This document shows positions 30,744 to 41,657 of a DNA stretch of 64,000 nt, piece by piece. Position 1 is the stretch's first letter; each line of letters opens with the position of its first letter. Under the pieces are notes generated by a model, which saw nothing but the letters and a program-made list of their open reading frames with translations, ran no database searches and was not told the DNA's origin. Source of the DNA: Bacilli bacterium (GTDB taxonomy: Bacteria; Bacillota_I; Bacilli_A; RFN20; CAG-826); assembly GCA_045597865.1 (NCBI GenBank), contig JAZLKX010000025.1, positions 368,934 through 432,933 on the forward strand, read 5' to 3'. The translations under genes were made by a program, and so were the position numbers.

Positions 30744-33623
30744 TTACTCTATAACTTCAACCGGAATAATAATCATTCTAATCTCGTTATTATAATAAGC
30801 ACTTATTTTAAGTTGTGTTTTGCCTACTTTTGTTGGAGTAAAGGAATTGTCTTCATTTACTTTAAAGTATGCTGTGACAATTTGACTATCTCCAGATCCG
30901 GTAGGATGCTGTCTAGCAAAGTAAGCAATTTTTGCATCACATTCTTCGCCATTAAATAAAGCTTTAACACCACTCATCACATAATTTTCACCCATCTTCA
31001 TTGTAACTTTTTCAGGAGCTTCAATTTCAATAGCGTTATGTGTATAACCTTTTATGGTGTGCTCTAAATATGAATCAGCAAACATATGACCTAAATCAAT
31101 GTAGCATCCCGCATCATAGTGAGCAGTATCAATTAAACTACCGATTGGTTCAAATAAAGTTGTTAATCTTTCATCAGTGCTAATATAAATATTATTTTCA
31201 TCAACGCGTGATTTTTTAATGTCATTAATTTCGGCATCGTGATCCCACATGCCAGATGTTTCATAAATACCAGCATCATACAGTTTAAATTTATAAGAAA
31301 GGTTGTCCTTAAATCTATTAGTAAAATCACTCATCAAATTATTGAATGAATTTAAATAAAGATTAGTTGATGTCTCAAAAACAGCATCTGATTCACCTTG
31401 CATCCACATAAATGCTTCAATCATTGGAATTGAATTATCCATTTCTGCAATAGCATCAATTGCTTTAGCAACTTCGCTTTCTAAAAGTCTATACATCCAT
31501 CCTCTTGTAATTTCAAGTACTGGATCTAAGTCACGACGCCCAGTATTATCAAGACCAGGTTCAAGTTCATAATCCATTGAAGACGGGGAAAGGAAGTCAA
31601 AGTTTAAAGAAAGACCACCATATGCCACCTTAACAATGTATGTTGTTTCATCTGGGAATACCTTTGACAAACGATCCGCTAAACCAATTTCAAAGCCAAA
31701 TGTACCTGCAATGCCCATTGTCTCATAATATCTATCTGCATGTACTTTTTGAAAACCATCAATAAATCTTGCTTGTGAATAACCAGTCATCAAGACATTG
31801 TCGTATCCGTTATTAATTTCATTAATCTTATCTTCATCAACTGTTTTTGGAAGGTATTCATAGTGTCCAACGCCTACTGCGTTAGATTGACCTGTCATAA
31901 CAATAATTCGAGAATTTGCTTTCGGTTTATAGCCACTTATTGATTTATAAACAACATTAATTGAAACATCATCAGTTACAACAAGTGATTCAATTGGATT
32001 ATATGAATCATCATAAACCTTAAATGTATAACCTTCTTTCTCAAAAATTGAGAAATCAAGCTCTTCTTCATAATCAACTTCAATTATATCTTCTGGTAAA
32101 GAAATACCTGAATATCTAACTGAAACTTTGCATTTTTCTTTAGAAATATAGTCTAAATACATATCATTTTGAACTGTATCTACATCAAAATCCCAAAGTT
32201 TATCGCCATAATACCAAGCGCCATTTCCAACAGTGTGTGGATTATCAAGTTTTGTGCCTGGTTCAACAAGTTTAATTACTGAAGATTCACCAAATTTTCT
32301 CATTGTGACTTTAGCTAATCCAGTAAGAGGATCATTGTTTATTTTTCCAGGCTTAAATCCAGTATCAATGTTTCCAAGTAAAATCTTACGAATATTTTCA
32401 CAATCTTCATGTGTCACACTAGTGTGATCGGTAAGATATTTTTCAACTTTTTCTGATAAATTACTACCTTCATAATTTGTTTCAAAATAATTGAAATATG
32501 ACATAAGTCTATTGTAGAAAACAACATTACCCTTTTCGTATCCACCAGTAACTGAATAAAGGGAAAGCATGAATTCTTTCAAAATCATCTCTTTATCTAC
32601 ACCACAAAGTGCATTTAAAACAAATGATAAGAATCCAGTTCTATCTCTTCCAACAGAACAATGGAAATAAACAGGATAATTATCCTTATCGGCAAATACT
32701 TTCACTGCTTCGCCAAAGTTTGGAACTAAAGAATCTGGTCCAAAGTAATTAATAAATGTATTGTTAGTAGGATTATCATAGATATCGTTTGGAGATGGAT
32801 AATGATAGTAATTTGGTAAATTTAAGAAGTTTTCTGTACCTTCGCCAACTAAACGTAAGTCAACTTCAGATTTAATTCCTAATTGATTCTTAAATTCATC
32901 CTCACCACTTTCGGTGATACCTTCAAGCTTATTTCCTCTATAGACAAGGCCTTCTTTCATTCTTTTGCTATTATGGCCAACTGAACCGCCAATGTCTCTA
33001 GTATTAGAAAGGCCAGAAACTTTAAGTGTTCTAGGAAGATTTGCGACTTCAAAGTTAAAAACATCAGAATATGCTTTAGATTCATCTTTTAATGTCGCGA
33101 TTACTTGCCAATAATAATTGGTTGAAGTATATGGGTTATCTAAGATAACTGAGGTTGTATCACCACTTGTTTCATATTCTCTTTCTATATAAGAAAGATC
33201 AGAATCTTGCGAAATGATAACTTTATAGCTCTTTGCGTCTAAATCTGATGTCCATGATAAGACATTATTAGTTGGTCTAAATGCATCATATTTTTCATAT
33301 AAAGAGCGCATGTATTCATTATCATTATAGTGATTTGGGAAATTAGCAATTTCGTCATTATATGGCATTAATTCGCCTATTTCAGTTGCTTTTTGCGGAT
33401 AAGTATTGATTAAATCGTCCATTTCATAAAGCTTGCTAACAGCGTTTGGTAAAAATGAAACAGTTTCACCAACACCTGGTTTAGAAGCTCTAATTGATGA
33501 AGTTAAATCTTTTGGCGTTCCAGTTTGAGTTGCCTTTAATGACATTACAGTAGTAGGAATAATTGCAGCAACTAAGCCGCAAGTTAATAAACTAATTCCA
33601 ATAATAATATTTTTGTTTTTCAT
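30744..33623 (-). CDS. Secreted Cys-dependent (tyrosine-phosphatase family, MptpB/LipA-like) phosphatase fused to a SASA/DUF303 acetylesterase
   Basis: NTRDIGG, YRG, DLR, HCSVGRDRTG; GQSNA, WMQGESD, DTAH. Confidence 0.8.
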   Translation of the reverse strand: MKNKNIIIGISLLTCGLVAAIIPTTVMSLKATQTGTPKDLTSSIRASKPGVGETVSFLPNAVSKLYEMDDLINTYPQKATEIGELMPYNDEIANFPNHYNDNEYMRSLYEKYDAFRPTNNVLSWTSDLDAKSYKVIISQDSDLSYIEREYETSGDTTSVILDNPYTSTNYYWQVIATLKDESKAYSDVFNFEVANLPRTLKVSGLSNTRDIGGSVGHNSKRMKEGLVYRGNKLEGITESGEDEFKNQLGIKSEVDLRLVGEGTENFLNLPNYYHYPSPNDIYDNPTNNTFINYFGPDSLVPNFGEAVKVFADKDNYPVYFHCSVGRDRTGFLSFVLNALCGVDKEMILKEFMLSLYSVTGGYEKGNVVFYNRLMSYFNYFETNYEGSNLSEKVEKYLTDHTSVTHEDCENIRKILLGNIDTGFKPGKINNDPLTGLAKVTMRKFGESSVIKLVEPGTKLDNPHTVGNGAWYYGDKLWDFDVDTVQNDMYLDYISKEKCKVSVRYSGISLPEDIIEVDYEEELDFSIFEKEGYTFKVYDDSYNPIESLVVTDDVSINVVYKSISGYKPKANSRIIVMTGQSNAVGVGHYEYLPKTVDEDKINEINNGYDNVLMTGYSQARFIDGFQKVHADRYYETMGIAGTFGFEIGLADRLSKVFPDETTYIVKVAYGGLSLNFDFLSPSSMDYELEPGLDNTGRRDLDPVLEITRGWMYRLLESEVAKAIDAIAEMDNSIPMIEAFMWMQGESDAVFETSTNLYLNSFNNLMSDFTNRFKDNLSYKFKLYDAGIYETSGMWDHDAEINDIKKSRVDENNIYISTDERLTTLFEPIGSLIDTAHYDAGCYIDLGHMFADSYLEHTIKGYTHNAIEIEAPEKVTMKMGENYVMSGVKALFNGEECDAKIAYFARQHPTGSGDSQIVTAYFKVNEDNSFTPTKVGKTQLKISAYYNNEIRMIIIPVEVIE

Positions 33624-33624
33624 A

Positions 33625-36600
33625 TTATTTTTCCTCCTTTCTTCTAACTAATATCAGCAAAGCTGACAAGCATGCAGATATTGTTAAAACTAAAGAAGAA
33701 GCTAAAATGCTACTTCCACAACCTTTTTTCTCTTCAGGTTCTTCGTTTTTATATTTAATAACTAATTCAGCATAAGAAACTTCTTTATAAGTTTCCCCAT
33801 CTTTAACAAAGTATTTATTACAATCATTACAAATGTAATGTTCTTTCATACCATCTTTATCTTTAGTTGCTTCGACTGCTCCAACATATGTGTAGCTATG
33901 AGCAAGTTTTGCAACACTTATTATCTTTGTTTGTTCATTGAAATATGGATTATCAAACGCAACAGAGTAAGCTATTTGACCTTCTTGAGTGCAAGATGCT
34001 TCACGAACAACAGTTTTTGTTGCAACTTTTGTTTCACTAATAACATCATCACAATTCACACAACGAATAGAAGCAACACACTCAAATCCACCATCAATTT
34101 CTTTCCATTCATATGATGGACCGACATATTCGTGTCCATAAGCCTGAATCACAATTGTTTCTAACTTAAAGCTACAGGCTTCATCACCATAATAAACACC
34201 TGGTTCATTTGCACAGGTCCAGTATTCAGCGGTTCCATCTGTTTCACATGTTGCAGGAACTCCAGCGTGATGTGTTAAATCATGAGGAGTTTTTGGAATA
34301 GACCAATCATCAATTTCATTTAAACCTTCAGAATCACTAAAGTGTTTATGACAGTTTTCGCAGTAATAGCATTCAACATTGCCAACTTCATAACATGTTG
34401 GATCTTTTGCATCTAAATGAACAATACTGTGATTTGATTTAGGAAGAACTACATCATCTGGATTAAGTAATTCTCTTCCTTTTGGGTCTGCAAAATAATA
34501 GTCACCAAAAATTGGTGAATAATAATAACCAATATTTCCATCTTCAGTACATGTTGCTTCTTTAGGTTCAACATAAACGTAAGTAATTGAATATTTAACA
34601 ATAATTGTCACATCCGATGTTACTTCTAATGAATCGATTTTTTCGCCATCAAGATAAACTTCAAATGTTGTACCTTCAAATTCAAATATATCAAATGGTA
34701 AGAAATTGTTTTTCGAAACTAAGAATCTATCATCATCTCTTCTAATACCTTCATATTTTACAATTACAGCATAATGAAGAGGGGCTTGTTTAAATTTAGC
34801 CTCAAAATGCATATCACCAGTAACGATTCCGGTTTCAAAATCCCATTTATAGCCTTCATAGTACCAACCATCAAAGATGTAATCGTATTCTTCATCGTGA
34901 TATGTACTTGGATTTGCAGGAGGAGTTAATTTACTGCCAACCGGTACTTCAACTGGATCTGCATCTCCAAAATAAATTTTTGCCATAGAAACATTACTAT
35001 GAACGTTGATTGTGATTTCCTTAGTTTGAGTTGGATATCCTTCTAATTCATATGTAATAGTTAAATTCCATACGCCTGCATTATATTTTCCACCGCTAAT
35101 TGCACCATCTTCATAGTCAAAAGTGATTTTTGATTCAATATCACCATATAAATTTGTTACTTTAGTAAGATTAGTAAAATCATAAACTGGATCACCTTCA
35201 TTAAAGTCATATACTGAAATGCCTCCATAATAAATGGAAGGTTTATAAATTGGGAGATCCTTTTTGTAATCTAAAACACTATCTCCTTGGTCAACACCCC
35301 AGATAGCACATTTTCCAGTGCGGTCATTATTTAATTCATAATTAATAACAACTAGGTGATTAATTGCAATTATAACTGTTGTTTTTACACCACAAACAAC
35401 TTTAAATTCAAATAAGTAATCAGTATTTGCTTCAAAAGTATAGTTATTGAAAGTTTGAAGAACAGCATAGCTGTTTATTTGATCCAAAAGTGTAATGGAT
35501 TGCCAACCAAATACAATTTGTGCTGTAAAACCATAAAAGCCATCTAATGTTAAAGTTGTTGGATTTGCTGGATCTACTGTTCCACTATTAATGTTGAACT
35601 CTAATTCAACTCCATCTGCAGGTAATTCTGCAAAGATAGCATGAGGTGTAGCTCCAACTTCATAAGGGAACTTAACCTGTAAATTTGTATTAAAATCAAA
35701 TGGATCAGTTACTTTAAATGTTTCAAATGCACCACTTTTCCAAGTTGTTCCAGCAAGATAAAGATTTGTTTCTGGAAGCATGGTATCCATAAATATGGTA
35801 TTTTCTTCAATATGAAGATTTGGAACTAAATGATCGTTTGTTGGAAGTAAAAGTTCAGCAGGATAAACTACGAAAAAATGGTTAGCGCCATGATCGTAAC
35901 CAACTTTTGTCTTTGGGAACTTATCATGGATTTCTGCAATTGTTAATCCATTAATTGTTAGTTTTGAACCAATATCATATGCCAAAGTAGCTTGGTTATC
36001 AGAATTAGGAGTTTTATTGTCTGCCAAATAATCGATACCTTCTGTTCCATAATCAAGAATTGTATGGTAATAGCCAATTTCATTTGGAAGGTTGTTATTA
36101 TAAGGATTTACTCCAGTGAATGGGAAATGATTATAATCACCAGCCCCTTTTTTAACGGACCATCCACCACCTTTTCCTAATTTTCCTTTAAATTCAAAAG
36201 TGATTTCAGGAAGATTTACTGAATTAAAATGTAATCCTTTTTCAATTGTAATTGTTGGATATTGATACTTGTCTTTATTAGAAAGAGATGTATCAGGTAC
36301 GTAGAAAAATAATCCATATTTTGGGAAAAGATAACATTTAGAATCTGCCACATCAACTATGTTGACACCATTAACTTTTATTAAATGGTCAACAGGATCA
36401 CCATTGCCGATAAGACCTCTACCAGTATTAACCGTACTGCCAATTACAGTTTCTTCATATGATTTTCCAACTTCATGGAAGAATGAAAGTAAACAATATC
36501 CGTTAAGTGGAGCAGCATCATCTCCTAGTTCACCAGCCCACGCTTGAGACATTGTTGGGGAATAATCTCTATTATCCCACTCTATTTTATCAAATTCGCT

Positions 36601-37167
36601 TTCAACTCTAATAATTGGTTCAGGATCTTTTTGCCAGTTTCCAAAAGTTCCTAATGGTCCTCTATATTCAAAGCTATTTCCTTCTACTTGATAGGTTCCA
36701 TCTATTGACATGCCTTCAAGAACATCAATAGTGAGATAGTCATATTCTTCACCTAAGGTGATACTTGATCTTGGAACATAAACATAAAATCCGTTTTGTG
36801 GATAGCCACACACAAAAACATCGGTCACTTCCGAGCAATTAATGCCATTAATTAAGATGTGATCTGTAACATTACAACCAGCGACGCCTGCAGTAATAAG
36901 GTTGACATCACTATAGGCTTTACTTGCTATATTCGAAGAATATAGAACCAAAATACAAAAACCTTGAGTAGGAACGCCACTTTCATTAAATGGACCAGGA
37001 CCTAATCTAGCATAATCAACGTTATTCCACTCAACTTTTGCACCGCCAATTAAGTCAGTTGCCTGAGTTTCAAGTGGTTCACTTTTCTTATTGTTTGTTA
37101 AAACAAAAGAAGCTGAGAATGTCATTAATAATGACAATGCAATAGTAAGAATGTTTCTTTTTTTCAT
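33625..37167 (-). CDS. Surface protein: 3 WNN-type domains, beta-sandwich/Ig-like region, InlB-B-like repeat, Cys/His stalk, KKGCGSS-TM tail
   Basis: Signal peptide; WNNVDY/WDNRDY; ATC.EDG repeats; C-terminal KKGCGSS + TM + RRKEEK. Confidence 0.75.
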   Translation of the reverse strand: MKKRNILTIALSLLMTFSASFVLTNNKKSEPLETQATDLIGGAKVEWNNVDYARLGPGPFNESGVPTQGFCILVLYSSNIASKAYSDVNLITAGVAGCNVTDHILINGINCSEVTDVFVCGYPQNGFYVYVPRSSITLGEEYDYLTIDVLEGMSIDGTYQVEGNSFEYRGPLGTFGNWQKDPEPIIRVESEFDKIEWDNRDYSPTMSQAWAGELGDDAAPLNGYCLLSFFHEVGKSYEETVIGSTVNTGRGLIGNGDPVDHLIKVNGVNIVDVADSKCYLFPKYGLFFYVPDTSLSNKDKYQYPTITIEKGLHFNSVNLPEITFEFKGKLGKGGGWSVKKGAGDYNHFPFTGVNPYNNNLPNEIGYYHTILDYGTEGIDYLADNKTPNSDNQATLAYDIGSKLTINGLTIAEIHDKFPKTKVGYDHGANHFFVVYPAELLLPTNDHLVPNLHIEENTIFMDTMLPETNLYLAGTTWKSGAFETFKVTDPFDFNTNLQVKFPYEVGATPHAIFAELPADGVELEFNINSGTVDPANPTTLTLDGFYGFTAQIVFGWQSITLLDQINSYAVLQTFNNYTFEANTDYLFEFKVVCGVKTTVIIAINHLVVINYELNNDRTGKCAIWGVDQGDSVLDYKKDLPIYKPSIYYGGISVYDFNEGDPVYDFTNLTKVTNLYGDIESKITFDYEDGAISGGKYNAGVWNLTITYELEGYPTQTKEITINVHSNVSMAKIYFGDADPVEVPVGSKLTPPANPSTYHDEEYDYIFDGWYYEGYKWDFETGIVTGDMHFEAKFKQAPLHYAVIVKYEGIRRDDDRFLVSKNNFLPFDIFEFEGTTFEVYLDGEKIDSLEVTSDVTIIVKYSITYVYVEPKEATCTEDGNIGYYYSPIFGDYYFADPKGRELLNPDDVVLPKSNHSIVHLDAKDPTCYEVGNVECYYCENCHKHFSDSEGLNEIDDWSIPKTPHDLTHHAGVPATCETDGTAEYWTCANEPGVYYGDEACSFKLETIVIQAYGHEYVGPSYEWKEIDGGFECVASIRCVNCDDVISETKVATKTVVREASCTQEGQIAYSVAFDNPYFNEQTKIISVAKLAHSYTYVGAVEATKDKDGMKEHYICNDCNKYFVKDGETYKEVSYAELVIKYKNEEPEEKKGCGSSILASSLVLTISACLSALLILVRRKEEK

Positions 37168-37181
37168 ATGACCATTCTCCT

Positions 37182-38807
37182 TTATTTCTTCGTGTAAATA
37201 ACATTGACGTAAGCATTTCTATTAACTTCGAGTCTAGTTATTTCTTTTCCTGTATCAGATAAAACGAGCATGTTGTAACCATCAACTTCATACGAAGTAA
37301 ATTTCACAACATCACCGCTTTTAACATTTAAAACAACATCTTCTTTGTTTTGACCAATAAAGTGAATTGTTACAAAGTATGATGAAACATAATCAGCATA
37401 AATATAAGTATTATCATTAATTGCATTAGCAAAGCTAAAGCTTCCGTCTTTTGTAAACCATCCAAGTCCGCTTGAAAGTTCATAAGGAGCAGGAATTATA
37501 GCGCCTTTATCAACAAACATTGAAGTATCTTTATGGCCAAGTGTTTTAACATTAACAAAGGCTTTTCCTTCATAGTTTAAGCTTGCTTTAAATGGTTTAA
37601 CTTCATGTTCAACGTCAATTTTGCCAGACCAAATGTCTCTAATTTTTTGAATCTCTTCATCAGTTAAACCAACATTTGATTCATCTTTTCTTAGGAAATT
37701 CTCTGCACCTGACATTAAAGAACTTCCAAATGATTCAATTAAATTGAGCGTTTCATTGACAGGAGCAAGATTTAAATCAGATAAACCTTTATCATAAGCT
37801 CCTGTAACAGACCACATAGAAGTAAAGTAATCATGAATAATATAATCTCTAGAAGCACCTGCTAAGGCTTGAAGAAGCATTGCTAGTGTTCCTGTTCTAT
37901 CTCTACCGACAGCACAGTGGAATATAACTGGGTAATTGCTTGGTTCACAAAATACCTTAACTGCTTCAATCATGCTTTCTCTATTAATTTCGCTAAAACC
38001 AGGAGAATATTGAATAATTGTTCTTAAGTAATAATTAGGAAGTTTAGCAGGATTTTTAATTCCTTCACCATTTTTTCTTAAGTCTAAATCAGTTTGAATT
38101 CCTAAATCATTTAATGCTGATACACCAATTTCGGTAACATCATCTAAACGACCACTTCTGTAGATTAAACCTTGTTTCATTTCACCAAGTGCGCCTGAAA
38201 AGCCACCAACATCGCGTGTATTTGAGACAGTTGGCACGTTAACAGTACGTTTAAAATCGTTTGTTTTAAAGTCAAAAATTGAAGATTTTACTTCACCATC
38301 GTTTGTATGTGCGGTCACTTGCCAGAAATAATGAGTATTAGAGTAAGGATTTTTTATTTCAAAGAATTGTTCAGTTAATCCTTTTTCCTCATAAACTGCT
38401 TGTGTTAAATCAGCATTTAAGGAAACCGTCACATCATAACTTGTTGCTTTTACATTTGATTTCCATGTTAGAACGTTATTAGTTGGTTTAAAATCATCCC
38501 ATTTATCGTATAACGCACGCACATAATCGTGATTATTAGCGTTATTTGCAAATGAAGAAATTTCATTATTCATTTCGTATAGATTTTTAAGATTATCAAT
38601 ATCGTTTACGTTAGATTCCCAATATTTTTGAATATCAAGTTGAGCCATACTAATAACAGCACCATCTTTATGAGATAATGCTTGAATTTTTTCAACGTCA
38701 AGAACAATTGCTCCATCAGCAATGCATGTTTCAGCAGCGCGATTAAACCCTAGCGCTGTAAGTAAAACTGAAGAAAAGACAACTGGAATTAAAATTTTCT
38801 TATTCAT
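37182..38807 (-). CDS. Secreted Cys-dependent (tyrosine-phosphatase family) phosphatase
   Basis: NTRDVGG, YRSG, DLDLR, HCAVGRDRTG; likely start MNKKIL at 38807; paralog of the N-terminal half of 30744..33623. Confidence 0.85.
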   Translation of the reverse strand: MNKKILIPVVFSSVLLTALGFNRAAETCIADGAIVLDVEKIQALSHKDGAVISMAQLDIQKYWESNVNDIDNLKNLYEMNNEISSFANNANNHDYVRALYDKWDDFKPTNNVLTWKSNVKATSYDVTVSLNADLTQAVYEEKGLTEQFFEIKNPYSNTHYFWQVTAHTNDGEVKSSIFDFKTNDFKRTVNVPTVSNTRDVGGFSGALGEMKQGLIYRSGRLDDVTEIGVSALNDLGIQTDLDLRKNGEGIKNPAKLPNYYLRTIIQYSPGFSEINRESMIEAVKVFCEPSNYPVIFHCAVGRDRTGTLAMLLQALAGASRDYIIHDYFTSMWSVTGAYDKGLSDLNLAPVNETLNLIESFGSSLMSGAENFLRKDESNVGLTDEEIQKIRDIWSGKIDVEHEVKPFKASLNYEGKAFVNVKTLGHKDTSMFVDKGAIIPAPYELSSGLGWFTKDGSFSFANAINDNTYIYADYVSSYFVTIHFIGQNKEDVVLNVKSGDVVKFTSYEVDGYNMLVLSDTGKEITRLEVNRNAYVNVIYTKK

Positions 38808-41547
38808 GTTCTTTTCCTCCTTTCTTCTTTGAAGAAACAAGCAAGATAACTGCTACTCCCGAAAGTAAACTAACTATTAAGGATGCTGCAACAACACTTC
38901 CTCCACAACCCTTCTTTTCAGGATCAACTGGAGCGGTTGATTTATAAACAAGTTTTGCATTCATATTTCCAGTTACGGTAATAGAATTGACTTTTTCGTC
39001 ATTAACATAGGCTTCAAGTGTATAACCATTTTTGTTAAATATTTCTATACTAAGGATTGAACCAGAAGCAAGATAAATGCTAAATGAACTAGAATCTTCT
39101 AATCCCTCTACTGTAAAAGAAACGCAATAAGTATTAATCTCATATTCAAATTTACTAACAAGGTTCATATCTTGAACGATGTAGTCATTTTCAAAATCCC
39201 ATGGTTTTTCATTGAAATACCATCCGATAAAATTATATTTTCCAACTTCGTCCTTTTTTACTGGATCAGCAATTGGAGCAATATGATCACCAATTTTGTA
39301 AATTGATGCATTTTTTTCATCAAATGTAACTGTTACTTCAAGTTTATTTGCAGCAATAACTGTAACGGTTAATTGAGTTTCATTACCTGACTTATCTTTA
39401 GATAAAATAACAACAGCCCATGTTCCTTTGTTAATTTTATTATCACTTAGAGAGCCTTCTGGCCATTTATATTCAATTAAATTAGAAACATCGCCATCTT
39501 TTAAGTCAAAAGCTGTGCATTTATTTGAAAAATCAATTACTTCACTACCAGCAAGTACGCCATAAATAGCTTTACCACTATAGTTAAGTACTGGTTTTTT
39601 GATATCAGCTCCATAAGAAGCATTCTTTAAGGAAACGGTTCCATCTAATAAAGAAATTGAAAACTTATTCTCGAGTTTAGAAATATCTTGTAAAGAAACG
39701 TCGTTAATGTGTATATAAACAATATCATCTATTGCTATCGCAATTGATAATTTATCATTATCTATTTTTGTATAAAACAAAATTGAAAACCATTCATCAT
39801 AAATAAATGTAGGTAATTCAATTTCTTGTAATGTTACATTCATTTGGGTTGAATCAACTAAGCTTAATATATTTCTTCTAAAGCTAACTTTAATTCCGTT
39901 TTGTGATTCATTTCCAAATGCAATTAAATCAAATGAGCTATCTTCATTTAAAAGTTTATAATCAAAATATAAGTCAAAGTTACTAATTGAAGTATTATTG
40001 GTGCCACTAAGTTTTTTGTTGTTTTCATCAAGTGTGGCATTTTTTAGACCAAATACATCTTCAAATGAAACAGCATTGTCATACTCTTCATCTTCTGGTG
40101 TTTCAGGTCTTGTTTTAACCCATTCCCCATTGAATAGGTATAAGTCTGTTTCACCTAACATCGAATCGTAGAAGATTGTATCATTATCAATGTGAAGATT
40201 ACACACTTTGTAACCAGGACTTGGTTTTAAAACTGAATTTGGCAAAACTATATAAATATAGCAATATCCATGGGCATATGAAACGATTGCATCACCAATT
40301 TCAGCTAAAGAAACACCATTTACAAAAATGGATAAACCACAATATGAATATTTGCTGACAAGATTTGCATCTGCTGGTTCTTTATCATTTTTTAGATAAT
40401 CAACACCATATTGACCAAATTGAAGAATTGTATGATTATGGGTGCTATTTAATGGAACATTGTTCCAACCACCTGCAACATCAGTAAATTCAACATGGTT
40501 GTATTCAGATGGGTTTCTTAAGTAAGTCCAACGATCTGTTTCTCCTACCTCACCTCTAAATTCAAAAGAAATAGCAGGCAAAATTACATTATTAAAGTGA
40601 ATTCCTTCTTCTAAAGTAATAACTGGGAATTTATATTCATCAGTAAAAGTTAATGAAGAATAAGGCAAATAGAAATAAAGACCATATTGTGGGAAAAGAT
40701 AACATTTTGAATCAACAACATCAATAATATTGATGCCATTAACTTTTATCTTTGTATCAATTATTCCAAAACCAATAACGCCACGGCCTGAAACAGTAGC
40801 ATCTCCAATAACGGTTTCTTCATATGTTTTTCCTTTTTCATTGAAGAAAACAAGCAAGCAATAGCCATTAATTGGCGAACCATTAGCATTTAATTCACCG
40901 CTCCATTGTTGACCCATTGTGCTTGAATAGTCTTTGTTATTCCATTCGATTTTAGCAACATCAGCTTCTTTAAATTCGACTGGCTCAGGATTAATTTCCC
41001 AATTTCCAAAAGATTTAAGTAAACCTCTATATTCAAATCTAGTTCCAACAGTCATAGCACTTCCGTCAATTGACATTCCTTCTAAAACTTCAACTGTTAA
41101 ATATGGATAATCATCACTAGTGGAAAAACTTGTAGCTGGAACGTAAAGGAAAAAACCATTTGTAGGATAAGCATAGACAATAACATCATCTACATCCTTA
41201 CATTCAACACCATTGATTAAAATATGATCACCAACATTGCAGCCTTCAATGGTTGCGTCTAATAAATTTTCAGTAATGTATTCAGAAAGTGAAATATCAG
41301 ATTTATAAAGTGGCAATAAACAATATCCTTCTTGAGGAATACCGTTTCCATCTCTATTTGCCACCCATTGTTTGCCAAAATTTCCGGAATAGTCAACATT
41401 GTTCCAAGCAACTTGATCAATATCAACCAATTCTGTATCGTCAGCCTTTACATCTAAAGATTTATTTTTATTAAAATTTGCAACAAGACTTGCACAAACG
41501 CTTAAAAACATTGAGAGAATGAGAATTGAAATTCTTTTTTTGGCCAT
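38800..41547 (-). CDS. Surface protein: 3 WNN-type domains, Ig-like and InlB-B-like domains, KKGCGGS-TM tail
   Basis: Paralog of 33625..37167 without the Cys/His stalk; C-terminal KKGCGGS + TM + KKK. Confidence 0.75.
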   Translation of the reverse strand: MAKKRISILILSMFLSVCASLVANFNKNKSLDVKADDTELVDIDQVAWNNVDYSGNFGKQWVANRDGNGIPQEGYCLLPLYKSDISLSEYITENLLDATIEGCNVGDHILINGVECKDVDDVIVYAYPTNGFFLYVPATSFSTSDDYPYLTVEVLEGMSIDGSAMTVGTRFEYRGLLKSFGNWEINPEPVEFKEADVAKIEWNNKDYSSTMGQQWSGELNANGSPINGYCLLVFFNEKGKTYEETVIGDATVSGRGVIGFGIIDTKIKVNGINIIDVVDSKCYLFPQYGLYFYLPYSSLTFTDEYKFPVITLEEGIHFNNVILPAISFEFRGEVGETDRWTYLRNPSEYNHVEFTDVAGGWNNVPLNSTHNHTILQFGQYGVDYLKNDKEPADANLVSKYSYCGLSIFVNGVSLAEIGDAIVSYAHGYCYIYIVLPNSVLKPSPGYKVCNLHIDNDTIFYDSMLGETDLYLFNGEWVKTRPETPEDEEYDNAVSFEDVFGLKNATLDENNKKLSGTNNTSISNFDLYFDYKLLNEDSSFDLIAFGNESQNGIKVSFRRNILSLVDSTQMNVTLQEIELPTFIYDEWFSILFYTKIDNDKLSIAIAIDDIVYIHINDVSLQDISKLENKFSISLLDGTVSLKNASYGADIKKPVLNYSGKAIYGVLAGSEVIDFSNKCTAFDLKDGDVSNLIEYKWPEGSLSDNKINKGTWAVVILSKDKSGNETQLTVTVIAANKLEVTVTFDEKNASIYKIGDHIAPIADPVKKDEVGKYNFIGWYFNEKPWDFENDYIVQDMNLVSKFEYEINTYCVSFTVEGLEDSSSFSIYLASGSILSIEIFNKNGYTLEAYVNDEKVNSITVTGNMNAKLVYKSTAPVDPEKKGCGGSVVAASLIVSLLSGVAVILLVSSKKKGGKEHE

Positions 41548-41657
41548 ACGAATACCTCAACTTCTTTAAATATTATAAACTAATTATAGTTTACCACTTT
41601 TATGTCCTTAAAATATAACAATTATTGTTATGAATTGTCATTTTTTTGACTTAAAAA

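Noticed and set aside
14141-41547. Diversity-generating retroelement or invertible shufflon acting on the surface proteins
   Set aside because: No reverse transcriptase or recombinase in the window; repeats are in-frame and diverged at all bases; no flanking inverted repeats seen
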